From the human T2T-CHM13v2.0 reference genome, Homo sapiens: 64,000 bases of DNA. Both the position numbers and the translations under genes were made by a program. Position 1 is the first letter of the stretch. The number at the start of each line of letters is the position of its first letter. Under the pieces are notes generated by a model. That model had not been told where the DNA came from. It saw only the letters and a list, made by a program, of their open reading frames with translations, and did not search any database. The stretch lies in NCBI RefSeq assembly GCF_009914755.1, contig NC_060936.1. The stretch is one strand, 5' to 3'. Shown here piece by piece: positions 11,981 to 24,909 of the stretch.

Positions 11981-14330
11981 TTTCTTGCTTGGTTTGATAA
12001 CCTTCTCTAGAGAAGGTCCATTTAGTCTCCTGTCTGGTGAGGATAATTCAGGCTAAACAGGAAAGATTTCAGGGCCTTTATATTTACTGTGGAAACTTTC
12101 ACTCCTTTTCTTGTTTACTCTGGTACTCCTGCCCTCATCTGTGCCTAACGTTCCCAGTTTAGAGACCTTCTGTATTCCCCGCTTCAGAGAATAGACCCTC
12201 ATTCCTCTGTTACAACTGTATAGGGTCAAGCTCTGCAGAATGGTAGAAGTGATCTGGGGAGGACTACAAATTAAGCAAACTTTCAGGCAATCATCCTGCT
12301 CTTAGGATTCCTTTTACCTACTCTTCCAGAGTACTTTGCTGCTACCAAATCCTGAGTATTTTGGGTTTTCTGCAGTATTATTGAATTATTTCTCACTTTT
12401 CACACTGCTTCTTTAAGATTGTCTTTTTTTCATTTTGCTATTAAAGTTAGCACACATGCATCTGCTTTTAGTCTTTTGTTTTCTCAACTTTGACTCTTTG
12501 CCTTTATACCTTTGTACTATTACAAGCAAAACAAAACAAAACAAAACAGAAAACCTATACTCTTTTTCAGATATTTTAGTTGCATTTTAGGTGGCAGCAA
12601 CAGTAGGTACCTATGAATAATCTGCCATTTCTTTTAAAGATCTGGTATTATTGCTATTAATTTTTATTATTAAGATCTGTGTTAAATAGTTGATATTCTG
12701 TTTAGGAGAGGTAATTTAGACAAATAATTATTTTTAGATGATTAATTTAGACAAGTAATTATTTTTAACACTTAGGTAAGAAGTAATTTGAAAAAGGCCA
12801 TGTCATAATCAGGAGAAATATCTTATTGTATTAATGTACTGGTGTCCCGGGCATACACTGGACAAAGTAGAAGTTGAGGTACTTGAGGTTTTTTGGTGTG
12901 TGAAGGAAGAAGCTCATTCAAAGGACAGTGGAAAAGTACAGTGTTTGACTTCTAGGGCTGCTATAACAAATTACCACAAACTTGGTGGATTGAAATACAG
13001 GAAATCTATTCTCTCACAGTTCTGGGGATTAGAAGTTTGAAATTAATGTGTCAGCAGGGCCACACTCCCTCTGAACTCTTTCCTGGGAAACTCTTTCCTG
13101 TTCTCCTCCAGTTTCTCATGGCACGTGACATTTACTGGCTTCTGGCAGTATGACTGACCCCAATTTCTGCTTCTATCTTCTCCTGGCCCTCTTCCCTGTG
13201 TCTCAAATATCCCTCTCTTTTCTCTTATAAGGGAATCAGTCATTGAATTTAGGGCACATTCATAAATCTTTACCTCATGGGTCCTTAATTATAATGCAAA
13301 GACCCTATTTCCAAATAAGATTGCATTCATAGGTACCAAGGATTAGGACTTGGACAAAACTTTTTAGGGGCACAATGCAATCTGTTACCGTGTTCTTCCT
13401 GGCCCCACAAAATTCCTGTCCCTCACTGTGCAAAATACATTGACTGAGTCCTAATGTTCCCAGAAATCTCAACTCAATAAAACATCAGCTTTACATTGAA
13501 AATCTCATCCAAATAACATTAACTCAAAAGTCTCAATGTCATCATCTGAATCATCTAAACCAGATGAGGGTGAGACTGAGTGTGATCAAAGTTCTTTTAT
13601 TGGTAGACCTGTGAAACTAGAAAACAAGTCATCTGCTTTCAGAATACAATGGTGGTACAGGCATCAGATTCCCGTCTGAAAGAGAAAATTGGAGAAATAA
13701 AGGAATCACCAGTTCCAAACAAATTTAAAACACAGGAAGGAAAATTCATTAGGTTTCAAGGCCTAAGACTAATCCTCTATGGCTTGATGCTTTGCCATCT
13801 AAGCCCATGACTACAGTTTGGTGAGTTTCTGGACCTGTGACTCTAGTTTGATTATTGTCTGGGCCTGTGCTCCAGGTCAGTTGCCCTCTGTGCCCATGGC
13901 CCTGGCTTGGTTATGTTTTCTACTTGCAGTTCTGTTGCCATCTGTGCCTGTGGCTCTGCTGGCCTCTGCCTCTGCACCGGTGGCTCAAGCTATGCCTCTG
14001 GGCCCTGGGCTTTGCAACCGTAGATCTAACCTCAGGTCATTCCTCCTTTTTTTTTTTTTCTGAAGATTAGCACATATTTATAGCTTCCTAGTCTAATGAG
14101 CCTACTTCCTCCCTGTAGAATCTCAGCAGTCTGACAGTCATTCTTCATTTCATTTATTTTTCCTGCATCCTAGGCTTCATCCTAGGCTTGCTGTATATCT
14201 CCTTCATTCTAGGCTTGCTGTATTTCTCTTAGTACACCATTTTCAAAAACCTTGTGAATCCTCTGAGTTAAGGGGATTCATGCTATTAGACAAACAAGTT
14301 CTCCACAGATCTTTTCTGGATAACCCTATA

Positions 14331-16478
14331 CAGGCATGCCTTGGAGATACTGCAGAGTTTGGTTCCAGACTGCTGCAGTAAAGCAAATATTGCAGTAAGT
14401 GAGTAAGATGAATTTTTTTGTTTCTTAGAGTACATAAAAGTTACATTTATACTATACCGTAGATTATTGTATGTAATACCATTCATGTCTAAAAAATGTA
14501 CCTAAATTAAAATGCTTATTGCTAAAACATGCTAAAAATCACCTGAGCTTTCATTGAGTCATAATCCTTTTGCTGGTGAAGGATTTTGCCTCAATGTTGA
14601 TAGCTGCTGTTGATAAGGGTGGTGGTTGCTGAAGGTTGGTGTGGCTGTTGCAGTTTCTTAAAGTGAAACTATAATGAAGTTTGCTGCATCTATTGACTCT
14701 TGCTTTCATGAAAGAGTCCTCTGTAACATGCAGTGCTGTGTGATAGCATTTTACCCAAAATAAAACTTCTTTCAAAATTGGAGTAAGTTCTCTCAATTCC
14801 TGCCACTACTTTGTTAATTAAGTTTGTGTGGTAATATTCCAAATCCCTGGCGGCCATTTCAACAGTGTTCACAGCATCTTCACCAGAAGTAGATTCCATC
14901 TCAAGAAACCACTTTCTTTGTTTGTTCCTAAGAAGCAACTCCTTATCTGTTCGAGTGTTATGTAATTGCAGCGTTCAGTCACATCTTTTACTTACAACTC
15001 TAGTTTTCTTGCTATTTCTACCACATCTGTGGTGGAAAGGAATTTATTATTATTATTATTTTTAGCAGTAGTTCTCAACAATGGTCTTAAAATATTTGGT
15101 AAACCATACCGTAAACAGATGTGCTGTCATCCACGCTTTGTTCTTCCTCTGATAGAACACAGGCAGAGCAGCATAATGCTTAAGGGCCCTGGATTTTGTA
15201 GATGGTAAGTGAGCATTGGCTTCCACTTAAAGTCACCAACTGCATTAGCCCCTAACAAGAGTGTCAGCCTGTCCTTTCAAACTTTGAAGCCAGTCATTGA
15301 CTTCTTCCCTCTGGTTGTGAAAGTCCTGCGTGTCATCTTCCAAGAGAAGAATGTTTTGTCTGCATTGCAGATCTGTTGTTTAGTGTTGCCACCTTCATCC
15401 ACTATATTAGCTAGAACTTCTTGATAATTTGCCGCAGTTCTACATCAGTACTTGCTGCTTCACCTGACATTTTTATCTTATGGAGATGGCATTTTTCCTT
15501 CAACATCATGAACCAATCTCTGATAACCTCAGATTTGTCTTCCACAGCTTCCTAACCTTTCTCAGCCTTCACAGAATTGAAGAGAGTTATGGCCTTGTTC
15601 TGAATTAGGCTTTGGCTTAGGGGGAAATGTTGTGGCTGTTTCAGTCTTCTCTCCAGACCACTAAAACTTTCTGCATATCAGCAATAAGGCTGTATCACTT
15701 TCTTATCATTTGTGTCTTCACTGGAGTAGCACTTTTAATTTCCTCCAAAAACTTGTCCTTTGCATTCATTCCCATCTTGGCTGTTGACCTGAGAGCCCTT
15801 GGTTTTGGCTGCTCTCAGCTTTTCATATGCCTTCCTCACTAAGGTTAATTATTTCTAGCTTTTGATTTAAAGTGAGAGCCATATGACTTTATCTGTCATT
15901 TGAACATTTAGCTGTTATTATAGGGTTATTAATTGGCCTGATTTCAATATTACTGTGTCTCAGAGAATAGAGAGGCTCTAGGAGAGAGGGGTAGATGGGG
16001 AAATGGCTGGTTTTTCAGTCGAAACACATACAACATTTATTAAGTTTGCCATCTGATATGGGCATGGTTTGTGGCACCTGAAAACAATAGTAACATCAAA
16101 GATAACTGATCACAGATCACTGTAATAGATGAACTAATAATGAAAAATTTTGAAATATTGTTACAATTACCAAGATTTGACACAGAGACACAGAGTGAGC
16201 ACACAACTGTTGGAAAAATGGTGCTGATTCATGGGGGAAACAACACACATTGGGGCCAATTGGAAGGTGGAGGGTGGGAGGAGGGAGAGGATCAGGAAAA
16301 ACAACGAATGGGTAGTAGGCTTAATACCTGTATGATGAAATCATCTATACAGTAAACCCCCATGACCCAAGTTTTCTACGTAACAAACCTTCATGTGTAC
16401 CCCTGAACTTAAAAGCATTCAATTTGTAAAAAATGCAGTATCTGTGAAGCACAATATAATGAAGTACAGTAAAATGAA
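14331..16478 (-). mobile_element. Tigger1 DNA transposon, internally deleted, with transposase remnant
   Basis: TA then terminal caggcatgccttggagata at 14331; ORF 14690..14938 KWFLEMESTSGEDAVNTVEM...SNFERS matches the Tigger1 transposase C-terminus; other terminus degraded. Confidence 0.92.
16230..16415 (+). mobile_element. Old primate L1 3' UTR fragment inserted in Tigger1
   Basis: ggagggtgggaggagggagaggatcaggaaaaa...gtgtacccctgaacttaaaa. Confidence 0.85.
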
Positions 16479-17345
16479 TTACATGCACTTAGTGGCTTAA
16501 AACAGCAGAAAATTATGTTATGGAGGTCACAGTTTTAAAAATCAACATCTTGGCAGGGTCATACTGCCTCCAAATGATCTAGGGGGAATATTTCTTTACG
16601 TCTTCCGGCTTCTATTAGTGACTGATATTCTTCAGCATATGGCAGCATAACTCTATCCTCTACTTCTTTCTTCACGTGCCTTTCTACTCTACATCTCTGT
16701 CTCAAATCTTCCCCTCCTTTCTCTTGTAAGGATACCAATAATTGGACTTTGGGCCCATCCTAAGTCCAGGATAATCTCATCTTATGATTCTTAACTAATT
16801 GTATCTACAAAGACACTATTTCCAAATAAGGTTACATGCGCGGCTACCAGGTTTTAGGACTTGGACAAACCTTTTAGGGAGGTCATAATTCAACCCACTA
16901 CAAGTACCACTTTTAGTATATTTAAATATATGAAGGCAAATAATAATACTGTGGACAGGAAAACATACTACACAGATAAATGACAAGAGCATTAAAAAGT
17001 GATTTTTAGTATTCAGCCATATTCCTTTTTTTGATCAAATTTTAAAATGTGTTGAGAAGCTGTGTTATTAGCAAGTTCCTTTCTGCTTCTGGGGTTAAAA
17101 TTTACTCAAACTTTGGAGACCAGACTTAAAGTGGGAAAAGCCATACAATATTACAAGAATTCTAGAGTGTTTTAAATTCTTATTGATCGGGACGTTTGTA
17201 GATTTATTGTGTATATATAGGTTACAGGCCTTTTCTTTAACATTCAGTGACTAAACATTGTTTCTTGCTGTAACCACAAAGTAGGGAGGATTTGTTGTAA
17301 TTGTCCCATACAAGTAGGCAAAGCTGGTCTTAGGATTGCAAACTT

Positions 17346-17495
17346 TGCTCTTCCCTTCTCCCTCCTGCCTCTCCTTTTTTCCTCCTCTTTTATCCCTCTT
17401 TCTCCTTCCCTTGCTGTCCTTCCTTTCCTTGATATTTTCCTCTTCCTACATCGTTTTCTTCCTTCTTTCTGCCTTCTATTTTTTTTTCCTCCTGT
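17346..17495. repeat. CT-rich low-complexity tract
   Basis: About 150 bp of almost pure pyrimidines. Confidence 0.8.
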
Positions 17496-19017
17496 GCTTG
17501 GCCTGAGTTAGTTTTGAGCATCTGCCTTTCAAGGCTCCATGCCTTTGAAGATCTTAACAAAGCTAAAGATAAATAATGATCTGAATCTGATGCTAATAAA
17601 CTGAATCTGATGCAAAGTGGAGTTGCTTTCCTATTGGAGCACTTGATAAGGTGACATTGAAGTAGCAGTGGGAACAGAGCCAATCCAATCAACAAATTAA
17701 CCAGGATCTCAGCTGGGGTTTTGCAAAAGGCTACATTTCTCAGGCTGTGTAGGATTTGGCCTTCATTCTTTGACAGAATGTGGTTGGTAGAGGACATGTT
17801 GTGCTAATGGAGAATTGACAATGGCAACAATCATGGCACTGTTGTAAACATATCATCTTCTCTTATGAAGTTCATTTGAGTAGTTGTTTTCATCTTCAGG
17901 GTGATGAATTTAGTGTGACCTGTTTATTCATTCCGCTTTGGCTCACCACCAATTTCTTTCCTTAATGTTTTGCCTTAGACATGGATATAAAATTGTCATT
18001 TCTGGGGTTTGTAAATTAACATATAGGAAAATTGATTACTTCTGTGCTTGTATGAGTAGATTGTGAGGTCCTTTGCATACCTTCCTCACTGTATCTGTTA
18101 GGAGAATTCCAGGAGAAGTTTGCTTTTTTAATCCTGTTTCTGATTGAGAGGATTCAGCAAAGCTGATGGCTTTGGAATCTGCATGCCATGAAATTCATGC
18201 CATGTGTTAAGGCAGCCATTATTGGAATAGGAGCAGTGATTAAAATTAGTCTTTTGAGATTTTGGTTATCTTACTCTAGAGGGACAATCTTATTAAGGGC
18301 ATCCATTTTAGTATTGGAGATAGAATCCTATGGCAAAATTCTTTATTTCCATTTGTAATATTTATACTTTTAGACTGATTCTTATCATGTGTGTTTTTTT
18401 TCTTCCATTTTATATTTATCTAAATTTGGAATTAGTTTGTGAGACTGGGGATGATTTTGAAGGGTCTGTCATGTGCTGTTATTTGTTACTACATGTATAG
18501 AGAGACTGAGAAATGAGACAATGTAGAGGTGGAGACTAAACATTTATTCTATGGGAAAGACTTCTGTTGCATAATGTTGTATCATGCTCATGAAACCTAC
18601 TTTCGTTGCAAGGATTATGGCTCCTTTAGGAAAAACAACCAGGCTTATTGCAGCTGTCAAGTGATGTGGTTGATGAGAACTGAAGAGGTGTTGTTTTGTT
18701 GTTTTTCTTCTGTATTGATGGTATGCACATATGGTATAATCTTATCTTTTTTTGCACTACTCTGGCATTTATAATTAGGCCATTTAGATGTGTTGGATTT
18801 TTCAGATTTTGGGAGGGGTAATTTTGTACCATTTCTCATTCCGAATTTTTTCATGTATGGGTTGTATGTTATCACACCATCTTTATTTTGATTTCTTGCC
18901 CCACAGATTTCCTTTTGGAATATCTGGAGGTGTTTGTGTCTGCCTTCTCCAATACAGTGGATTCGTTGTTGTGAAAGGGATGTAATCTTGTGGCTTCCAA
19001 GAAGGTGGTGGTGAAGC

Positions 19018-19163
19018 CTATATTGGAAAACCTTTCTCAATCAGATATTATTTGCTAATTATGTTCTATAGTGGAAAACCTTTCTCAATCAGATAATATT
19101 TGCTAATTATGTTCTATATTGGAAAACCTTTCTCAATCAGATATTATTTGCTAATTATGTTCT
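19018..19163. repeat. 48 bp x 3 minisatellite
   Basis: Unit ctatattggaaaacctttctcaatcagatattatttgctaattatgtt starts at 19018, 19066 and 19114; units 1 and 3 identical, unit 2 has 2 substitutions. Confidence 0.97.
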
Positions 19164-21256
19164 GGTAGGCTAATTATAGACTGGCTCTTGACCAAATAAT
19201 TTGGAAGGTGAAAAGCAGCTGCTTTCTGATAGATGGAATATAATGTGGTTAGTTGATCTTTGGAATTTCTTTATCTTTTTAAGATCACTGTAATAATTCA
19301 TTCCAAACACATCAATTAAATGCTGACTTTTAGCCATCCGTGTAGCAGAGGATCCTGTTGCTATGCATTAATTAATTTCTTAGAAGTGATTAGTAGAGGT
19401 TCTACTTGGCTTGGCAATTGCCAACAAAAATAGAATATGAGCTTTTTAAAAGAAAGCCTTGGTTCAGATATTCATATCGTGTATTGTCATCAATATACCA
19501 GTGATGGTTACTGAACAAAATTTTTGTTAATATTTCACTTTTTTTGGAAAGCACCTTTATTTGTTGATTGTATGGTTCCTTGTTTACATGTGTCTCTATT
19601 AAAAAATTTCTTGAATACTCATCATGTCCAGGCATATTAAGAGTATGAAACTTAGGTATATTTAATCATTTTAGCTAAGAAGCAGTTGGGATTGGAGCAG
19701 TTATGGGTAGTGGAGGCTTGGTTGGAATATGCTTCCATTTACCTTTGAAAAGCACCTTTGCATCAGTTTTTCAGACCAAAATTTCTGGTTAGCAGTAATA
19801 AATTGATGAATGACTATTTCAGATTTTACGGACCATGACTAGTTATATGTCTTTGCTTCACCAGAATGTATGAAATATGATATGTGATTCTGTGTTTTAT
19901 TGAGTTATATACAGAAAACATACCTGTTGATGAGGGAATGAGAATACATTCTAATAGCTTGATTTTTGATAGGATATTTTCAAATAAGCATTAGGGTGGC
20001 TATCAGGAGATCTGATTTAGGGTTTGCTGTGCCCTTATTGAACAATACCTGGCACACAATCATATTATTTTAGTGACCTTGAACACATTTTTTGACTTAT
20101 CTGGGCCTCAGTATCCTCATTTATAAAATGAACATATTGGAATAGTTTACTTTTGAAGTCTTTTTTTGCTTAAAAATTCCACAGTTTTATTTAAGGTGAG
20201 GATATTTGCTTTTGTCATCTCTTTCTAGTGATGTTTTGGGGTTTGACATTTTGAAAGAAAGTTATCATTGTGGTCAAATTTGGCTTGACTCCTTTAAAGA
20301 TAGGCTGTAAATATTTGGCTGCATATTCTTGAAATGAATTTTAGTATGACTATTTGGTTATTCCTGTGGACAGACTGTTGTGTCACAGTGTGGTTGTATG
20401 ATTGCCATTAGTAACTTTGAAGTAAGCAAAGGAGGGTTAATTGATCTATTTGTAACATACTGTATTATAGGATAGTATTAAGGAAGTTGGAAGTGTATCT
20501 TAGAAATAATTTATTCCATCTCCCTCATTTAACAGATAGAGAAATGTACCCAAAAAATTTTTTTAATTTATATGCTTAGCTTGTATCAGAAAAAGAACAT
20601 TGATTTTATTCTCATTCAGTCATTCAACAGACATCTACTTGAACCTGTCAAGGAGCCTACTTTTGAAGACCAGGTTGTGAATAATGTTATTAACACTTTT
20701 ATTTTGATGTAAAATAGTTCTGCTCTAGTTCTGTCTCTCTCTGATGAAGAAGGAAACACCTTTCGTACTTCCCAAATATATTTGGCCTTCAAATCTTGGC
20801 CATTCTAGTTCTTCTTTATTCAGTGCTTATTGACTGAGCTGACATTTTATATAAGGCAGCATTTAAGTTACCTATATTCAGTGTCAAGTAAAATTTCACG
20901 CTCTCAAATTGTATTGTCAAAGTGTGAAATCTTTCTGATGTCCTTTTTTCCTCACTTTAGTAAGTGCCATAGTGTTGTGGAGTACTAGCACTACCTCTTC
21001 CAATATAGTGGGGGCACACAGGAATGAACAATAAATGTAATACATAGTGATAGGTGCTATGAGAAAAAGCATGATTAGTGGATATTGATCAGTGGTGTAC
21101 TATTTTATATAAGTGGTCAGGAAAAGTCTCTCTAGTAAGATAATTTTTGAGCATGATGTAGAGGAAGTGAACATGCAATATCTGGGGTAAATAGCCTTTG
21201 AAGCACAGCAGCAAATAGCAAGTATAGCAAGTGTAATAGTCTTACACTTTTAATAG

Positions 21257-21562
<306 letters not shown>

Positions 21563-21593
21563 TACACACCAATACTTTTTAATAACTAATGTC

Positions 21594-21672
21594 ATTATTC
21601 AGAGCCATCGATATTGAATGATTACACTATAATTATTCAGAGCCATCGATATTGAATGATTACACTATAATT
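21594..21672. repeat. Perfect 38 bp tandem duplication
   Basis: attattcagagccatcgatattgaatgattacactata at 21594 and 21632, no mismatches. Confidence 0.97.
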
Positions 21673-23528
21673 GAAATGATATACATTTATTTTCAATTTG
21701 TAATGAATTAGGCCAAATAATATATTCGTCTTTAGTTTCATTTAAGGCATCTAGGGTAGTGTGCTTTGCCTTAGGCTAATTAACTCTAATTTTTAAAGAT
21801 TGTCGAATTTTTTTGGTAGTCTCTTCAATTTTTAAATTAGTAATAGGTATTGTCAAGAAAGAAAGAAAATAATATTTAATCAGATAAGTTTAAAAAATCC
21901 TGATTTTAGTAAAGGTAAACAGATTACTTATGAGTTTGTCAGAGGTTTTAATATGTGAATATATGTTGTTAATTTCCACAATTTGTTTGACTATGGTAGC
22001 CTATTTTATATTAGCTTTTCTATTTTGTAAAGCAGTCTCTGGGTAACACTAGTGTATCTGACTGCATATATCCCCAGGGTAGGATATATGCATCCCAAGA
22101 ACTGCCTATTATGATCCACTAGGTTATAAACATAAAATGGCAGAATATTTCTATTTACTTTTAAAATCTTGAGCAATGAGAATAAAAGCTATGCTAATAT
22201 TTAGTATATGGGTTGGTGCTTTTGCCTTACCTAGGTCCTTACATGAGACAGTAATATACTATTTGTGAAATAACTTGACATGAATGGGAGTTCCAAAGTG
22301 ATGAGTTTTAGTGATGTCCTCATTTGTTTGCTTGTTTATAGTGTAGTATATTACAGGAATTTTCTTAAACAGGTTAATGGATTTAGTTATTATTACCTAG
22401 TTTTAACTAAAGGAGCTCCCACAAAAATGGGAAACTATCTTAAAGTAGATCGTTGCCATGAAACATGGATTTATAATCCTACTAACAAAAATCTGTGTTT
22501 TTGACAATTGCTGTTGATTCTTTATGATTAGGTAGTTGAATAAATTGTGATTTAGCTGTAATATGACAAGATAAAGGGCTTACCAGAAAAAAGAATAAGA
22601 TGTTGATAATGAAATGGAACCTGTTTAATCAGTAAGGTATAATAAATAAGGGGAATTGATGAAAAAGGAAGTGGTAGCAGTAAATGGACAAGAACTATCA
22701 GCATTCTCTTTTATCCTAAATATAGTTGCAGCTTAATTTTCTCTCAGAGCTCCTTCAAGTGACAGTGAGTTATCCTTTGCAGTCATTCACGGTGGGTCAC
22801 AGGCTGGCAGAGGCAGTGCCAGTTGCAGCACGTGTCTTCTGCTGTCATCTTAGGCAGTAACACCCAGCAAGCCAGTGTCAGAAGGGGAGTGTGTGGAAGA
22901 TTGTATAGGAAGTTTATGTGGTTCATCACTACAACCAACCTGGCATTAGTATAATAAATCCCACTTGATTGAGATGTATTCTTTATGTCACTAGGTTTAA
23001 TTTGCTATTATTTTCTTTGGGATTTTAGTTTTTGTATTTATAAAAGAGATTTAACTCATAATTTTCTTTTCTTCTAAACAACTCTGCAGATTTTAGTATA
23101 AGGGGTATGTTGTCCAAATAAAATATGGTAGGGAGTATTCCTTATTTTCACATTCTCTGGAAGAGTTTGTGGAAGATATCTGTTAATTTTTTCTTAAATA
23201 TTTCTTAAAATTCACCTATTAAGCTTTCTGTGTGTACAGATTCCATGTGTCTGGAGAATTTTTTGTGTATGTGTTTGTTTTTTTTAGTTAATACAGGTGC
23301 AGTTTCTTTAACATATATAGGACTATTCAAATTTTGTAATTCTTTAGTTTTGGTAAATTGTGTTTTTTATTTTAGTAGTTTTAAAATTTTATGTAAAATG
23401 TTATATTTATTGATATATTTTGTAATATCTTTTCATTTTTAGAAATATTTATAGATTATATAATGTCCCACATTCGTGCCTGATGTTGGAAGTTTTGTGG
23501 GTTTTTCCACTTCATTATTTATCATCTT

Positions 23529-23800
23529 TTTTAAATTTTTAAATTTTTATTATTTTATTATTATTATACTTTAAGTTTTAGGGTACATGTGCACAATGTG
23601 CAGGTTAGTTACATATGTATACATGTGCCATGCTGGTGTGCTGCACCCATTAACTCGTCATTTAGCATTAGGTATATCTCCTAAAGCTATCTCTCCCCAC
23701 TCCCCCCACCCCACAACAGTCCCCAGAGTGTGATGTTCCCCTTCCTGTGTCCATGTGTTCTCATTGTTCAGTTCCCACCTATGAGTGAGAATGTGCGGAG
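23529..23800 (-). mobile_element. Young 5'-truncated L1PA (L1PA3-like) inside older L1M sequence
   Basis: Near-consensus L1PA 3' UTR; 12 bp TSD atttatcatctt (23517-23528 and 23801-23812). Confidence 0.93.
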
Positions 23801-24647
23801 ATTTATCATCTTACTACTTGTTTCACTTTTTTCTTGTCTTTTTTCTCTTTTTGCTTTCTTTGGCTTCCTCTGTCCTATATGTCTTTTAAAAGATTTTTAA
23901 AAATATTTTCCATCATATTAAATATTCCTTTTGCTGTAGTCTTTATTTTTTTTTCACTGTCTTTTGGTTTCCTAATTCTGCTTCCGGCTCTCTTTCATCT
24001 GATTATGTCATCTATTGAGTTATTAATAGTACATATTTCATAGATCTAGAATTTCTATTTTATGGATTCCAGTTCTCTGGTGAAAATCTCTATCCTATCT
24101 GTTTTCTCCATTTCCCTTCTGTTTTTTGGATGTGTTAGGAACTCTTACATACATTTTAAAAACTCTGTGATAACTAGCATCGAAACCACCTATGGACCTA
24201 TCTCTGGAACTATTTCTTTTGTCTTATCTGTTTTCTGTGTGTGTGGGAGGGGGGCGGGAGGGGGTGTTTCTTTTTGTTTTTTCTGTTGTCATTTCTGATA
24301 ATTTTGTTTTGGAAGCTGGACATCATATGTGAAAAACTGGAAAGATTGTAGGATGTTAACAGTGTCCAAAGAGACTTCATCCTCTCCTGTCCTAGGTAGG
24401 TAGAATTGGGGTCTAATCATATTCCAGTGGTTCTCAAACTTTGGGATGTATTAGAAATATAGAGGCCAAGGCTTGTTGCAGTGACGCAGGGTTTCCCATC
24501 TCTTGATCCATGTCAAGAATTGGCAGATGCCCCAAGGGAAAGTACCTTTGCCTTGTGTTATCTCACCTCTCAACATGGTTTTCCTTTTTCTCTTGTTTCC
24601 CTTTAATTCCTCATTGCCTCAGTGTTCTCCAATGCTTTTAAGCAAAG

Positions 24648-24650
<3 letters not shown>

Positions 24651-24689
<39 letters not shown>
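24651..24689. repeat. (TA)19 microsatellite about 140 bp upstream of the 78 bp exon
   Basis: Direct read, uninterrupted. Confidence 0.95.
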
Positions 24690-24692
<3 letters not shown>

Positions 24693-24831
24693 TTCTCTTT
24701 GTTTCCAGCTGTAGCATTGATGTGCCACAAACCACTGAATCATTCGTGGAAGCAGCAAAAGTCTATGGTTTTATTATTTTGAAAACAAAACAGAAGAAAA
24801 ACTCATGGTTTTAGTTTCTTTTTTCTTTCAG

Positions 24832-24909
24832 GAAAAACATAAACAAGAATTGGAAGACATGAGGAAAGCTGGTCACGAAGCCCTCAGCATTATTGTGGAT
24901 GAATATAAG
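24832..24909 (+). CDS. CCDC91: Internal coding exon of coiled-coil domain-containing protein 91 (78 bp, phase 0-0)
   Basis: Acceptor tttcttttttctttcag ends at 24831; donor gtagag at 24910; 26 codons EKHKQELEDMRKAGHEALSIIVDEYK; joins in frame to the exon at 53687; peptide recognised from memory as CCDC91. Confidence 0.93.

Larger units (their letters stand above)
12940..16902 (-). mobile_element. Two-LTR MLT1 (MLT1C-like) provirus interrupted by Tigger1
   Basis: LTRs at about 12940-13390 and 16480-16902 share ctatttccaaataag...ttaggacttggacaaa; MaLR internal sequence at 13391-14330; 5 bp TSD agtac (12935-12939 and 16903-16907). Confidence 0.85.

Noticed and set aside
12712-12767. 31 bp-period imperfect duplication (taatttagacaa.taattattttta)
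   Set aside because: Real but short, AT-rich and ordinary slippage
17390-17797. 135 aa minus-strand ORF with E/K/G-rich tail
   Set aside because: Tail is a translation of the CT-rich low-complexity tract
18657-19040. 127 aa minus-strand ORF in non-repeat-looking DNA
   Set aside because: Starts inside the minisatellite, has no splice or domain support; LQIFQKEICGA faintly recalls RTE-type LINEs but is too weak to call
19018-19163. CRISPR-like array
   Set aside because: Units are head-to-tail with no spacers; it is a minisatellite
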